From Hydrolagus colliei (lineage: Eukaryota): a stretch of 64,000 nt of DNA. Position 1 is the first letter of the stretch. Each line of letters starts with the position of its first letter. Shown piece by piece: positions 1-12,019 of this stretch. Location of the stretch: contig CM068749.1 of NCBI GenBank assembly GCA_035084275.1, positions 20,584,001 through 20,648,000 of the forward strand. Direction: 5' to 3'. The position numbers and the translations under genes were made by a program. The notes under the pieces are model-generated. The model had not been told where the DNA came from. It did not search any database and saw only the letters and a program-made list of their open reading frames with translations.

Positions 1-189
1 AAATGTAAGCAAAACATTGTCCTTGTTAGTTGTAGATTTCCCGCAGAAGCCCTTTAGCAATATAAATTAGCAGCTTAAGCCCGTCAACTTCCCTTTGTTT
101 GACCGATTCAGCTTAACATTTGAGGAGTATGGTATTAAAATGGTGCAGTGTTCACACAACATTTTTATTCTGTCATATTTGTACTTTTT

Positions 190-400
190 TACAACAACAA
201 ATAATTGCATTTATCTACAATACAAAATTACATTTGTATTGCACCTTTCATGATGGGAGAACGTCCAGTTGTGCATTTCACATTGGTGGTATATCTAAAG
301 GCACTGGGCAGTTGAGGATTTGCCCTGGATTTGGGGGTTGGAATCTAGGGGTAGGAGGTTGACCAAAAGCACAGTTAATGAGGAAACAGTCTTTGGGGTA
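190..400 (-). mobile_element. L2-like LINE 3' end fragment
   Basis: (CAA)n-aaattacatttgtattgcacctttca tail shared with many copies in this window; degenerate ORF2 C-terminus (...CAFGQ) on the minus strand. Confidence 0.65.
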
Positions 401-404
401 TCCT

Positions 405-607
405 ATATGCCTAATAATAATCCCACAAGAAAAAAGAATAAATTCAATCTGACTGTTTGTGGGACACTGCTGTGTGCGATTGGCTGCTGCGTTTCGCCCA
501 CAAATATACAGTCAATTCACCTTACAGTATGTTCTGTTAAGTGCTTTGAGATGTCTAGAAGACATGAAAAGTGCTATATCAAATGCAAGACTTATTACTA
601 TTATTAT
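405..607 (+). mobile_element. tRNA-derived SINE, 5'-truncated copy
   Basis: ctgctgtgtgcgattggctgctgcgtttcgcccacaaatatacagtcaattcac...gaaaagtgctatatcaaatgcaag(TAT)n; aligns by eye with the copies at 1791, 38251 and 45948. Confidence 0.85.
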
Positions 608-1665
608 ATTGTTCACAATGTGAAATAATTGTTTTCACAGAGAGCTCATTTAGGCCAAAGGAAAATATGCTTTTTGTTTGAAGTAGGTTTCTGGTCTAAA
701 ACCTTTTTGACCCATGCTATCCTTGGGCTTTGCAGTTTTACTGAAGCATTCACTAAATCAGGCTTTTTTATTGATGGAGTGGGACCACTAGGGCGATATG
801 ACATTTCTGTTGTGCAGTTTCAACAGTAGATCCATGCATGATATCTCTACTTGCTTAACAGGCTTCCAGATCTATCATTTTGTCATGCAAACTCTCCAGA
901 AGGGTGAGGTGAGAGCCAATAGGAGAATGCTTCTTTCTGGTTCATTTATTGCTGTGTGAAAAAGCTGAAGCAAACTCCCTCGTTCTAGTCAATTACAGTT
1001 GCCAAAGCAGAATGAGCTGCAGTGTTTGAAACTTGATAACATATGAGCATAAACCCTAGGGACATAATAACTTAAACCAGGTGCTTGTGTTAATCTTTCT
1101 TAACCATTTCCAAGCCATGTTAAAGTATATTCCATTTCCTCATCCTCTCCAATCAATGTGTTTCTGCGTATTTCTTTACAGTGTAAAATTACTTTTTAAC
1201 CTTTTCTCTCCACTCATGCCCAGAGTTTCCGGGAGTTCAAAGGGATACCTCTACTTTGAAGACTTAATGGCAGTTATTCTTTGTTTTTGTACAACTGTTG
1301 TCCAGTGCTGGGATGTGATGTGCCAACAATGAAATCAAGTCTTCACATTTTCTAGATTGGGGATTTTGCTGAGAGGTCATATTGGTGCTATTTCTGATTT
1401 TGAGCACTTCTAAGGTTGGCATACTTTGTAAAAGTGCCTGGAATCTCACTTCATTCGATGTTTGAATTTGGCTTGAAACAAACATAAAAAATTATTATTC
1501 TTCAAAAACTATTTTTAAGGTATCTTTCGTTTAGCTAGGACTATATTTAAACACTCTGAGGCACTACCCTGCTTGGAGATTGCTATATAAGTTCAAGTTG
1601 TTGTTGTATTCCTTTCCGACAGCATAGTTAGCGAACAACATGCACAGATGGTGGGATATACCATT

Positions 1666-1741
1666 ATAGTTCCCAGCCTATATTGCACCAAAATCATATA
1701 TACCATTATCTGATTTTGGTACAATATAGGCTGGGAACTAT
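1666..1741. repeat. Inverted repeat, 31-bp arms (30/31 match), 14-nt loop
   Basis: atagttcccagcctatattgcaccaaaatca (1666-1696) pairs with tgattttggtacaatataggctgggaactat (1711-1741). Confidence 0.92.
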
Positions 1742-1790
1742 GGTTAGGAGAATGGATAGCGGGGTAAATTTTCTTGATTTGTATCTGCCC

Positions 1791-2087
1791 TAATAATCCT
1801 TGCATTCGATATAGTGCTTTTCATGTTTTCTAGGCGTCTCAAAGCGCTTCACAGAATATACTGTAAAGTGAATTGACTGTATGTTTGTGGACGAAATGCG
1901 GCAGCCAATTACACACAGCAGGGTCCCACAAACAGTTGTGGATTGAAGTGATCAATTAAAAAAAATTGGGCTTATTATCAGGCATGTGAAGTAAAGAAAG
2001 TTGCCCAAGGCTTCACCCTACCTGGAATTGAACCCAGATCTCTCACTTGTAAGGCGAGTATTCTAACCACTGAGCTACAGGACTCCA
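1791..2087 (-). mobile_element. tRNA-derived SINE, full-length (about 300 bp)
   Basis: Minus strand starts GGAGTCCTGTAGCTCAGTGGTTAG (A box), then GGTTCAATTCC (B box), and ends ...aatgcaaggattatta. Confidence 0.9.
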
Positions 2088-3650
2088 CAGGTCTTGGCAG
2101 GACCTTTGCAATAATAACCAGAGCAAACTTTGAAAAGGTTAGAGAACACTTCATTTGTTGAGAAGCAACTACTTGGGTTAATATGTAAAGGCTTTCAGTG
2201 TAGCCTGACTAGAAAGTGCCAACTTGGAGGGGTACATGCTTCTATTCAGATGATTCAATTTGATAGCTCAGGATGATAAATGGTTTGGCACTGCTCGGTT
2301 CCAAGCTGGATAAAGATGTAGATCTCAGAATCCCACTGCCAAATTGTGTTGTTTTATACTGTGGTGTGGACAAAATTATGAAACATGGTATTGAACTATT
2401 TGCTGTCTTCCTGTGTTTTTAAATAAAGTTACAAGTACTATACTCAAAGCTTCTTCCTAGCAAGCTCCTGCCTGAACTTGAGGCTGCAGGGCAAGATCAA
2501 TTGCTCACCCAGCCATGAATTTTTTAAAACAAATTGTGTCTTGAGATTTTCTTTCTTGGTATGAGTGGTTCAAAATCTCTTAAGATTGCTTGAAGATTTT
2601 TATTTTAAGATTGAACGTCATCCAAAGAGAATGATGAGAATGTTATACTTGGCAAGAAGACAAACATTATGTATGGTGTTGGCACTTTACTCATTGTGCT
2701 CTGACCAGGAATTTATCACTTTCACAAGATTTTTATCCATCTTCATACTGTTGTTTCCATAATTAATAAAATGTACATCGACAAAAATAATCTGTACAGC
2801 TGCAGAAGTTGTAGCGTAAACTGCATTATCAGTCTACCAATTTTATGTATTGTTTGCCCCTCAAAAAACCATTCCCCTTCTGGCATGTTGAAATTTTCAG
2901 TTCATGGAGATGTTGACCATACATTTCAACATTGTTCATATTATGTGTTAAGTGAGAGAGGCAATAAGATGATAGCCAACTGGTGCATACAGAAGTTATT
3001 AATGTGTTAATAAATGCTCAGCCAAGCTTTTGTGAATTTTCAGGAAGCAATCATGATCTCAGTTCCTGACTCTCCTTGTGGTTATCACAGCACCTGTTAT
3101 GGCCATGCTGAGTGACGGGTGTCTAGGAAATTTGTCATTCTAGATTAATGACGCTGGGAATAATTTGGAAATGAGATTCTTTGCAATGCTGGCATGCACA
3201 GTGCAATTCACTGACCCAGAATCTCTCAGGTGTTGCATTGTGGGAAAATTAGACGATTTAGCAATTCATCAGAGAGAGACAGCATGCTGGACGTTAACCT
3301 GAGGTTAAACACTAGTGCATCGGAGGATTCGGGAGATAAATGTGTACTATTTCACCCCTGTATTGACTGAGCATAGCAATAGAATAATGCTGTAGACCGT
3401 ATCTGATTTATGCTTGGTTCGCAGTAAAGGAGCAAAGTCTGTTAGCTGAAAACCATTGTGAATATTAAAGAATTGTAAATAAAGAGGTCTAAAAATGGCT
3501 GAGTGGATGCAGCTGGTTTTGCACCTATACCGTGCTTGATATAATGGGCCTTATTTCAATGAGGACGACTCTAGTGTATGGGATTGTCACAATTGACAGT
3601 ATATGTTTTCAGAAATTAATTTTAGTCCTGATCCAATTGTGTTTTAATAG

Positions 3651-3839
3651 AGGACCAGCTTCCTCATGGATTTCCCAAAATTGACATGGGCCCACAGTTG
3701 AAGGTCGTGGAGCGAACCCGCACGGCCACAATGCTCTGCGCTGCCAGTGGCAATCCAGACCCTGAAATCACATGGTTTAAGGATTTCTTACCAGTGGACA
3801 CCAGCAACAGCAACGGTCGAATCAAACAACTCCGATCAG
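3651..3839 (+). CDS. PTPRF: PTPRF exon, Ig2 N-terminal part ([63 protein letters not shown])
   Basis: ttttaatag|AGGAC ... TCAG|gtaaga; 189 nt, phase 1-1; overlaps ORF 3686..3910. Confidence 0.96.
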
Positions 3840-3861
3840 GTAAGAAGAAATATTTCATGTT

Positions 3862-3990
3862 TGCGGGGTTATGGAGAGAGAGCTGGAGGAGTGGGATTGA
3901 CTATGAATAACTATTTTCAAAGAGCCGACACAGACACAATGGACTGAATGGCGTCCTTTTGTGCTGTAAAATTCAATGATTGTATGATTT
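3862..3990 (+). mobile_element. CR1-type LINE 3' end fragment
   Basis: gacacaatggactgaatggcgtccttttgtgctgtaaaattcaatgattgtatgatt resembles the GGGCCGAATGGCCT...(ATTCTATG)n CR1 terminus. Confidence 0.7.
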
Positions 3991-6078
3991 GCCTACCAAT
4001 AAATTACTGATCCGGTTGCTTCTGTGGTAGTTGATGTTCATACTGACCAATTGAGGAAATTGAATTGTAGGTCAATTATATTGATAGCATATATAACATT
4101 AATTGATCAATTTTCATACTCCATTGTTGCTAATGTTTTTATTTCAATTACTAGTCCTGGGCATAATTGTTTCTTTTTCGCCTTGAAATGTTGTTTTCTT
4201 CAACTAACTGGGTGTATCCAAAAATATATCACTGTATTCTTTGTCATCTAAAATTTAGCAGGATTGAAATATTCCCAGTAGTATCTGATAGAGATGGTGA
4301 CAAATGGCTTGCGGTTTGTTTATTCAATGCCTTGCTGATGCAGATATATAACAAGGTTCAGAATGACTTAATCGAGTTATGAATCCGATCTGGTACCCAG
4401 AATTAACAACCAGCAAATACAGTACCTAGTTTCACCTAGTACAATGTTGATCTTGTATTTAGAATAGTTGGATCTATTGCTATTCATGTCCAAACATGTA
4501 ATGTTACTTGTAGAAAGTTTGGTCCTCCTTCATATTGAATTGAAAAGTAAATGTAAAATTCAGCTGTGTTTACCATGTAAAGTTATGTGCTGTGTTTTTC
4601 CTTTTTTAAAAAAAAGTAATTGAAGTTTTAAGCAAATTTAGTAGAATTTATCTTTTCAACAGAATGGAATATTAGTATTTTGTTATGAACGAGGGCTTTG
4701 AATTTATATTTAATGCATTATTTTATTTGAAATACAGATTTGAAGGCATTCACTGTGCCAGTCACATATGTAAGCAGGATTCGATTGCTCTGAAAGTGAA
4801 TGATTTTTTTGTTTAAAAACTGATTTAAACATTTTTTAAAATCTGCATCATCAAAGCAAATGCTAACATTTCTTACAGAATTCAGTCAGTCAATTGAAGG
4901 AAGATAGACCGATTGCTTTGTGTGGTACACTGTCACTTTGGTCTGAAAAATATGGAGATGGTAATTTGTATAAAATCTACTATTTCCTATTTTCCCCATT
5001 TGTCACACAAGCATAATACATTTGACAATTTTTTTTCTCCCAAGATGCTTTAAAATATTTTATTTTCAGTTGTTTCTAGTCCAGAGAACTTTTTCCCCCA
5101 AAGTATAACAGGTTCAAAATATGTGTAGACCTATGCTTGGGTATATTTTGGAATATAATGACAAAGATGATTTTGTTACTTGTCTTTAAAGCTACACTGT
5201 TAAATAATTATTTCTACTAAAATTAATGGAAAGTATGTTAAGATGCCTAAAATATTTGTAAAAACATATTGATCATTTGATAATGATTATTTTTAGGCCC
5301 AAATTGCATTATATTCTCTCTTTCTTTGGTCAAGGTGGGTTTGGTCTATGCACCAAATGTTGTTCAGTTGGATTTTTTATCTCAAGTCCATAATACTTGG
5401 GGTTGGTAAAAATGAATAAAAATAAATCTATTGATATTCTGCAATCTGAAACAAAAAAGATTTAAAAAACAATTTTTATTATTTTTTGACTGATCCATGC
5501 CGTGAATTTCACTTCTTATGTGCTGTGCTTGCTTGTTATTGCAAAGAAGGATTCTGAACATCACTTCTGACGCATTACGGGCAGGATGTACCACTAACAT
5601 CGCACTGACAGTGGCCCTTGTGTGAACTCTATGACCACCCAGAAGTTATCCATTTTTGTTGGCTCCAAACGAATTATTATTAAACAAAAATTGCTGATCT
5701 TATCTCTGACAGTTTGATAATAATGTCAGAAGAAATTAGAAAAATTCTAACTTATTATTACTGTAAAACCTAGCTTCCACAGCCTATGCTTCTTATCTTT
5801 TCCTTCATTAATAACCAAAATGGAGGAAGGTTTACATTTAGGTCCAAGAATGTATCACAAACTGAAAATGTAGCCACCACATCTGCATCCGTTCATAGAA
5901 TGCCTTCAAGATAGCACTCATAGATGGTGCATCTTGAGATATACACTCAACAAACATGGAAACTCTGTATCTTTGACATCTTGTGGCACAAATCTATATT
6001 CTATCTATTCTCTCAACATTTTCAACTGAATTCTCAACCCGTTCAAGAAAATCTACATCTTCCAGCAAAAGTTTGAAT

Positions 6079-6902
6079 TAGGGTCCGGCGATATATCGAT
6101 ATATCGCTAAAATCCGATATAATTTTCATATCGATATGCCGATATAGGCATTTCAAAAATATCGATATACCGAAAAATCAATATATCGAGGTAAAAAATC
6201 GGAACGCACGCACACTGAACTACAAGACCCAGAATGCTTATCTCTATACACAATGCACAGACTGAGGTGCAAAGCCGCCATATTGTATTCACAGTCCTCG
6301 AATACAATATACAGGTATGCAAAGGATGAGAGGAGAGAGACGGCTGGGGGGAGGGGGGGGGGGGGGGAGAGAGAAGGCTGGGGGTGGGTGGTGGGGTAGA
6401 GAAGGCTGGGCCCTGTGGGTGGGGGGGGAGAGAGACGGCTGGGGGGTGGTGGGGGAGGGGAGAGAGACGGCTGGGGGTGGGTGGGGGGGGAGAGAGACGG
6501 CTGGGGGGTGGTGGGGGGGGGGGGGGGGGGGGGGGAGAGACGGCTGGGGGAGGATGGGGGGAGAGAGACAGCTGGGGGGGGTGGGGAGGGAGAGAGACGG
6601 CGGGGGGGGGGGGAGAGACGGGGTGGATGTGATAATATACAGATAGATAGAGATGGGGGGGATGTGAGAGAGACACAGACAGAAAAACACAGAGATGGAG
6701 AGAGTGAGAGACACAGAGAGAGAAAGATATTTACCTCCTGAGGAGATAGGCCCGGAACGCGCGCGCACCCGGAACGCTTGCGCACTCCAAATGCGCGCGC
6801 ATGCGCCGTACGAAAAACCCGAAAATATCGATATTTCGGTATATCTCGATATGAGCCCATCGATATATCTAAATCGGAAAATTTCCATATCGACGGACCC
6901 TA
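6079..6902. mobile_element. Non-autonomous hAT-superfamily DNA transposon (MITE) with internal G-rich minisatellite
   Basis: TIR TAGGGTCCGGCGATAT / ATATCGACGGACCCTA (15/16); perfect 8-bp TSD GTTTGAAT at 6071-6078 and 6903-6910; many subterminal ATATCGATAT palindromes; CpG-rich. Confidence 0.92.
6327..6625 (+). repeat. G-rich minisatellite, core GAGAGAGACGGCTGGGGG plus variable G/GGT runs
   Basis: About 9 imperfect units; source of the overlapping poly-Gly and poly-Pro ORFs in the track. Confidence 0.9.
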
Positions 6903-9009
6903 GTTTGAATCCTTTTTTTCTAACTTTGTGAACCAATCAAATGTTTTTGATAATCTGCACAACAGTCAGTAATTTTATCCAAGTGCATAAAATATGCATG
7001 TGTAGTGTATATATAGAGGCTGTTGAACAGCTAAAATTATAATGTGATGTTTAAACAACTAGAGGATTACCACGCAGGAAGAGTATCAGTGATATCTTAT
7101 TCATGCTTTTTAAAAAAAAAATTGAAACTTCTAAAAGCATGAAATATCCCCAAATATCGTATGTTTGTTCATTTTGCCACTAGCATTGGGACAGCACTGC
7201 AGTATGTGTCCTCAATAACCGTGACAAACAAACCATCAGTAAATCTGATGCGCTCTGATGCCAGCAGCATACAAATGAACTGTAACCCAAAGAAGCCATC
7301 TCATGTTAGTAGTGGGTTACAGCAGGGCAGCTGCAGCTACAACTAGGCAGCAATATGAGATCCTGTTAGAAGTACAGATGGGGCAATAGAAGAAAGACAA
7401 AAAACAGAGCAGAGAATTTACGATAAATCTCAGAAAGAAGGGGCAAAGAATAAAGCAGAAAGAAACTGAAAGGGAGGAACAGAAATAGAGACGAAACGGG
7501 CAGAGGCAAATGTGAATGAATCTTAAGTATAAGACTACATATCCATAAAAGACCAAGAAAGGTGTAATTACTTTTCTGAATTCAATCTATTATTTTCAAA
7601 TGTAAAGTTTATTTCTGATACAAATTGGGCTATCTGTACTTTTACTTATGTTTTATCTAGGTGTATAAAATGTGCATGTGGAATTTGATTGAAGAGCAAA
7701 GTCAACAATGTGTTACTTGGTCACATGAATTAACCTTGTAAATTGATTAAAAAGTAGCATCACACTGTTTCTGAGACTACACCCATGATAAAACAACCAG
7801 CGATAATCTCAAGTAAATCGCAGCCATATTCCCATAAAAATGCTAAAATATAACTGGTGGTCTAATTTGTAACATTAACACACAGCAGACTAATTGTTAT
7901 TGCACAACTCAACTGTGGTTATTCCCTGTATTTCACACTATTCTCAATGAGTTGCATATTCTTTATGAGGCGTTCATTTCAATTTGTTTCCAGAATGTGA
8001 ATTTAATAGTAATTCTTATAATTCAGTGAGTGTATATTTTGGCCTTTTTTGTAGCAATGAACCCAGTAACCCTTTAAGTGTTAACCACAGTGTTCTTAGT
8101 TTTGCTTAACCATATGGTGTTCTGTTCAGCCATTGTACACAATTGGATACATGCCCCGTGTACCTTTACTTACTTTATGATGTAATAACAATTTTTGCTG
8201 CTAATGGTAACCAACGTTTTATCAACCCCAGAGAGGTGAAAAGGGTTTTAGATTTAAAGAGAGGTTGCAGCTGTATTGGAAAATGTCTTTGTGTGAAGCT
8301 TAATCACACTCGGATTCAGTTTTCCAGACTCCTGCTATCCATTTGTTCCACAGTGGCTAATGCATATGGTAATCTCTTTATAGTGGTTCAGAAGGGGGAA
8401 ATATGTTCCACTGAAGCTATTAAATTCCTCCTGTAAAACAAAGTGAACTTCCACCATAAACATAGTGTGAAGCACAGAGAGCAGCTACTGTAGTTTTGAA
8501 ATGATAAATGATTAGCTTGCTACTTGGTAATGGAGTGTTCTTAAAAACGGAATACTGTACTGAAATGTTTCTTCAGACATTTGTGAACTGTATTGCTAAT
8601 GATCCATTTCAGCTATGTGATTTTTTTTCAAAATGTGTTGTAAATTGGGAAAGGGAGAGGAGGGGATAATGAAACTTCATGAAATGTAAACTACAGTACA
8701 GTATATCGAATAAAATATGCGTCAGTTAGCTACCAGATAAACATTTGCCTGCTGCTATACTCCTATCGGAGTGAATTTGGTATGTTTATTAATTCTCAAG
8801 CTTCTTGTTTGTGAACAGGGGACTCCTGGACATGACGTGGCAACTCAATTAAAACATGCATATCCTGAGTCGCAATGCTCACACTAATATTAGATGCACA
8901 TTCACCAACTTATGTTAAATCCTTTTCAGTAGCCTTCAAACAAAAAGTCTCACGTGGCATGGTGTGTCCTGTTTAATTCTGTTTTCTGTCTCTCAGTTGA
9001 ACTTCTCAG

Positions 9010-9018
9010 AATCCTTTG
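9010..9018 (+). CDS. PTPRF: PTPRF microexon meA3 (9 nt, E-S-F)
   Basis: acttctcag|AATCCTTTG|gtaagt; consensus donor, phase 1-1; resembles meA3 of the paralogs (ESI in PTPRD). Confidence 0.85.
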
Positions 9019-9582
9019 GTAAGTGCTTGGTGTACAGACTCCAATAAGCATAAAAGCAGTGGTGCATGGCATTCCTCTACTAACTGAGCCATACCCACAT
9101 CCTCACCATGCCTAATAACTAGCTGCATATCAAAGCACAAAAACATCTAATAAACCTTGATAGAATGATGCATCGCTCTTGCCATCCGAGAAAAAGGTTT
9201 AAAATATGATGCACTGGTTGATGTGTTTTAGTAAAAAAATAATGAACAAATATAAAGCCATTTCCCCAGTTTTCCGCCTCCAGCAAAGTGCTGTCTATGT
9301 GACTTATTCAGTGAAGATTGATTGCCAACTCAGTACTTGGACAGGTCCAGGCACTTACATGGATGCTGCAGTGCTGAGAACAGCTTTACTAACCTTCCTA
9401 GAAATTGCTCTGACTTGTTACTTTGCATCAGCCTTTTCTGTCGCTTAAAAAGAAAAAAAACATATATTTTAAAAATCTAAGCTGAAATTCTTTCCTGTTT
9501 CCTTTGGTTTTCTTTAATTTTTCTTTCCTCTTTGTACTAATGCTTCTCTCTAATCTTATTTGCATTCAAATTACCTCACCAG

Positions 9583-9600
9583 GTGGTACACCAATCAGAG
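9583..9600 (+). CDS. PTPRF: PTPRF microexon meA6 (18 nt, G-G-T-P-I-R)
   Basis: Long pyrimidine tract, then ctcaccag|GTGGTACACCAATCAGAG|gtaaga; phase 1-1; peptide matches the LAR-RPTP meA6 insert. Confidence 0.93.
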
Positions 9601-12019
9601 GTAAGAATGCTGAACGTGCCCAGAGTCATTGTCATTACTCCATCTCCCTCTGGTGTTCTCATTCCCTAGCATTCTCTTGGCCCTGACACTTGCTTTGCTT
9701 TGAGCCCATTTCTCTCCCTTCTCCCTGTTCTCAAACTGCACCCATATGTTTAAACTTCTCAATGTACAGTGGCTTTTATTTTCTTTTAAAAAAAATAAAT
9801 CCTTTTTCACACAAAATGGACACAATTTATCATCTGTCAGAACCACGTAATCACCTGGATAAATCTAATAAACACATGTTTTAAGTTTAGAAGTGTGTCT
9901 TAATCTGGTTCCGGTGTTGCAGAAAAATGAGTGTCCCCAGGAGCCTCAAATTCAGTCATTATGATAGAATCATCATAAACTCTGATGCGTTAGTTGCACC
10001 AGTGAAAAATTGTGATTTTTACAACTCGGGATGGTTGGGATAATTTTTCAAACCCTCAGATATGGTTACCATAAAAAAATCACAAAGAGGTACCAACCTA
10101 TGTACAAGTGTTTGATAAGTAAGCTTTTTTGTGGTTCATTGGGGGAGCAGGTAAAAAGACATGCATAAAAGTTGAATTAAAAACTTTATACAGTATCCAT
10201 AACCTGTTGTGTAAATAAATCTGAACCCAGTTTATATTAGAACCCACCAGACCTATAGGTGACTTTCATTTGTATCTATAACTATACCCTTTATCTATGT
10301 CCATCATCTTGGTCTGTATCACCCCCACCTCCCTGTCCTTTCAATTGATTTGTTCACTCAACCATGCTGTTTAATTTTAGTTTAGGTTGGCTTAGTTGAA
10401 CATTTTAGCGCTAAAGTAGTTCAAGACAGTATTGTAATTCTGATTACTTGGAACAGCCATAATATGTATGACCTGTAGGTAAATTCTTTACTCTGGTGGC
10501 ACAGATGCACTTTGTGATTATTTGTGATATCTGGTCTTGAATTGTAGTTTGTGTATTTGATGCGCTTTCAGCCAAAACACAGTGGTGGATTGCTGCAATA
10601 AGTCTTCGTTATGAACTGCACATAATTTACCTGGTGGTATTAAGTAGTATTTAATCTATTTACATTTGTTTGGTTAACAAGCATAACTAACTTTTCCTGG
10701 TGACATTAAAGGGTCTGAGCACTGGAACCATTTAAGGCATCATTTGCACGTACTTAATAAAATCAAACATCCCTTTAATTAAATCATCCATTTCATAAAA
10801 CATTTAAAAAATTCATATCAATTATAATAAAGTTGAAATGTGCTTTATATGAATTAAAACGTATTTGTCTTTTTTAAATTGAACAAATATAATTTAAAAA
10901 TTGCATCCGTATTGATAGAAATGTCATAGTAATGTCCCTAGTCTGCATTTATGCTGTTCAATTGAGCTTTTGCAAATCTAAACACAACTATAATATTAAC
11001 AATAAAAAGGATCAAAGAATGTTTAATGACAGTACTTGGTTTGGTCTTGATTTGTGTTTTTAATATGTCTGAGAGTCAGTGATTTTCTTGTTTATAACTT
11101 GCAGTATCCTTGTGTGGTAATCCTGCCAGAGTGTATATGGAGGTAGCCCCAAAATGTAGATCAAACCTTAACATTTGGACTAAACATACTCTTCTCTAAA
11201 GGTATTTGGTGACTAAGGAATATTTCCCTTCTCCTTTCCCCCCCATACCCTCCCGATTACAGAACAATCACAAATTTGGCAAATTATATACATCTATTTA
11301 TGCAATCGTGGCACTTTGGTTAGTCTACAAATACTAAAACTGTTGTGAATATTACTTTAATGGGCCACCCACTACTGGTATTGTTCTGCCCAAAGCTAAA
11401 ATGGCCAACTTTCCTTTTTTTTAAGAAAAATAATTTGTAGTTAATAATATTTTTTAATATCTGGATATGGGATTGAGACATAGGTCACTTTTACTATTGT
11501 TATACACTACTCCATTTGTAAATCTCATTACCCAACTTCCACCAGAAAAGAGATGAAAGCACCAAAGTTAATAAATTATGGGATATAAAATTGAATAGCA
11601 GTATCTCATCTATTTTTCAATGCGTGTTCAATAAGGATGGTCAGAGCTCAAAAGAAAGAACTTGAAGAGAGGGTACAGTCAGCTGGCAAGGGTTCTTTCA
11701 TAATCATGACCTGATTTTTAGTCCACCTAAAGCTGATGCGGTAAATCTCTTCTCTGATAGTTGTAAAAGTGAACTGAGTTTGAGTAATCTCCCCACACTT
11801 TATAGCTGCCACGTTTGCAATCCACAATTTCTGGTCACATGGGAACTATGAAGAGCATTAGGTACAGTAGAAGATGTTTTTGCCTCATCCAATTTTCATC
11901 CTAAGGAAGGGTTGATTGCTGCTAAAACTGGGTGTCAAGAGTGGAAATTGCTTCATTTAATTTTTTTAAGACGATCATAAAATGGTAGATTAAGGAGAAC
12001 TCATCCTTAAGGAATCCTA

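Noticed and set aside
2015-2087. tRNA-like sequence with A and B boxes on the minus strand (also at 18568 and 45948)
   Set aside because: The acceptor stem is not formed and the sequence continues into the SINE body and tail, so it is a SINE head, not a tRNA gene.
6107-6936. Long overlapping Pro-rich and Gly-rich ORFs (up to 235 aa)
   Set aside because: They arise from the stop-free G-rich minisatellite inside the hAT MITE and show no transposase or other domain.
7370-7510. Purine-rich stretch and the hydrophobic minus-strand ORF 7317..7556
   Set aside because: Low-complexity GA-rich intron sequence without splice signals or periodicity.
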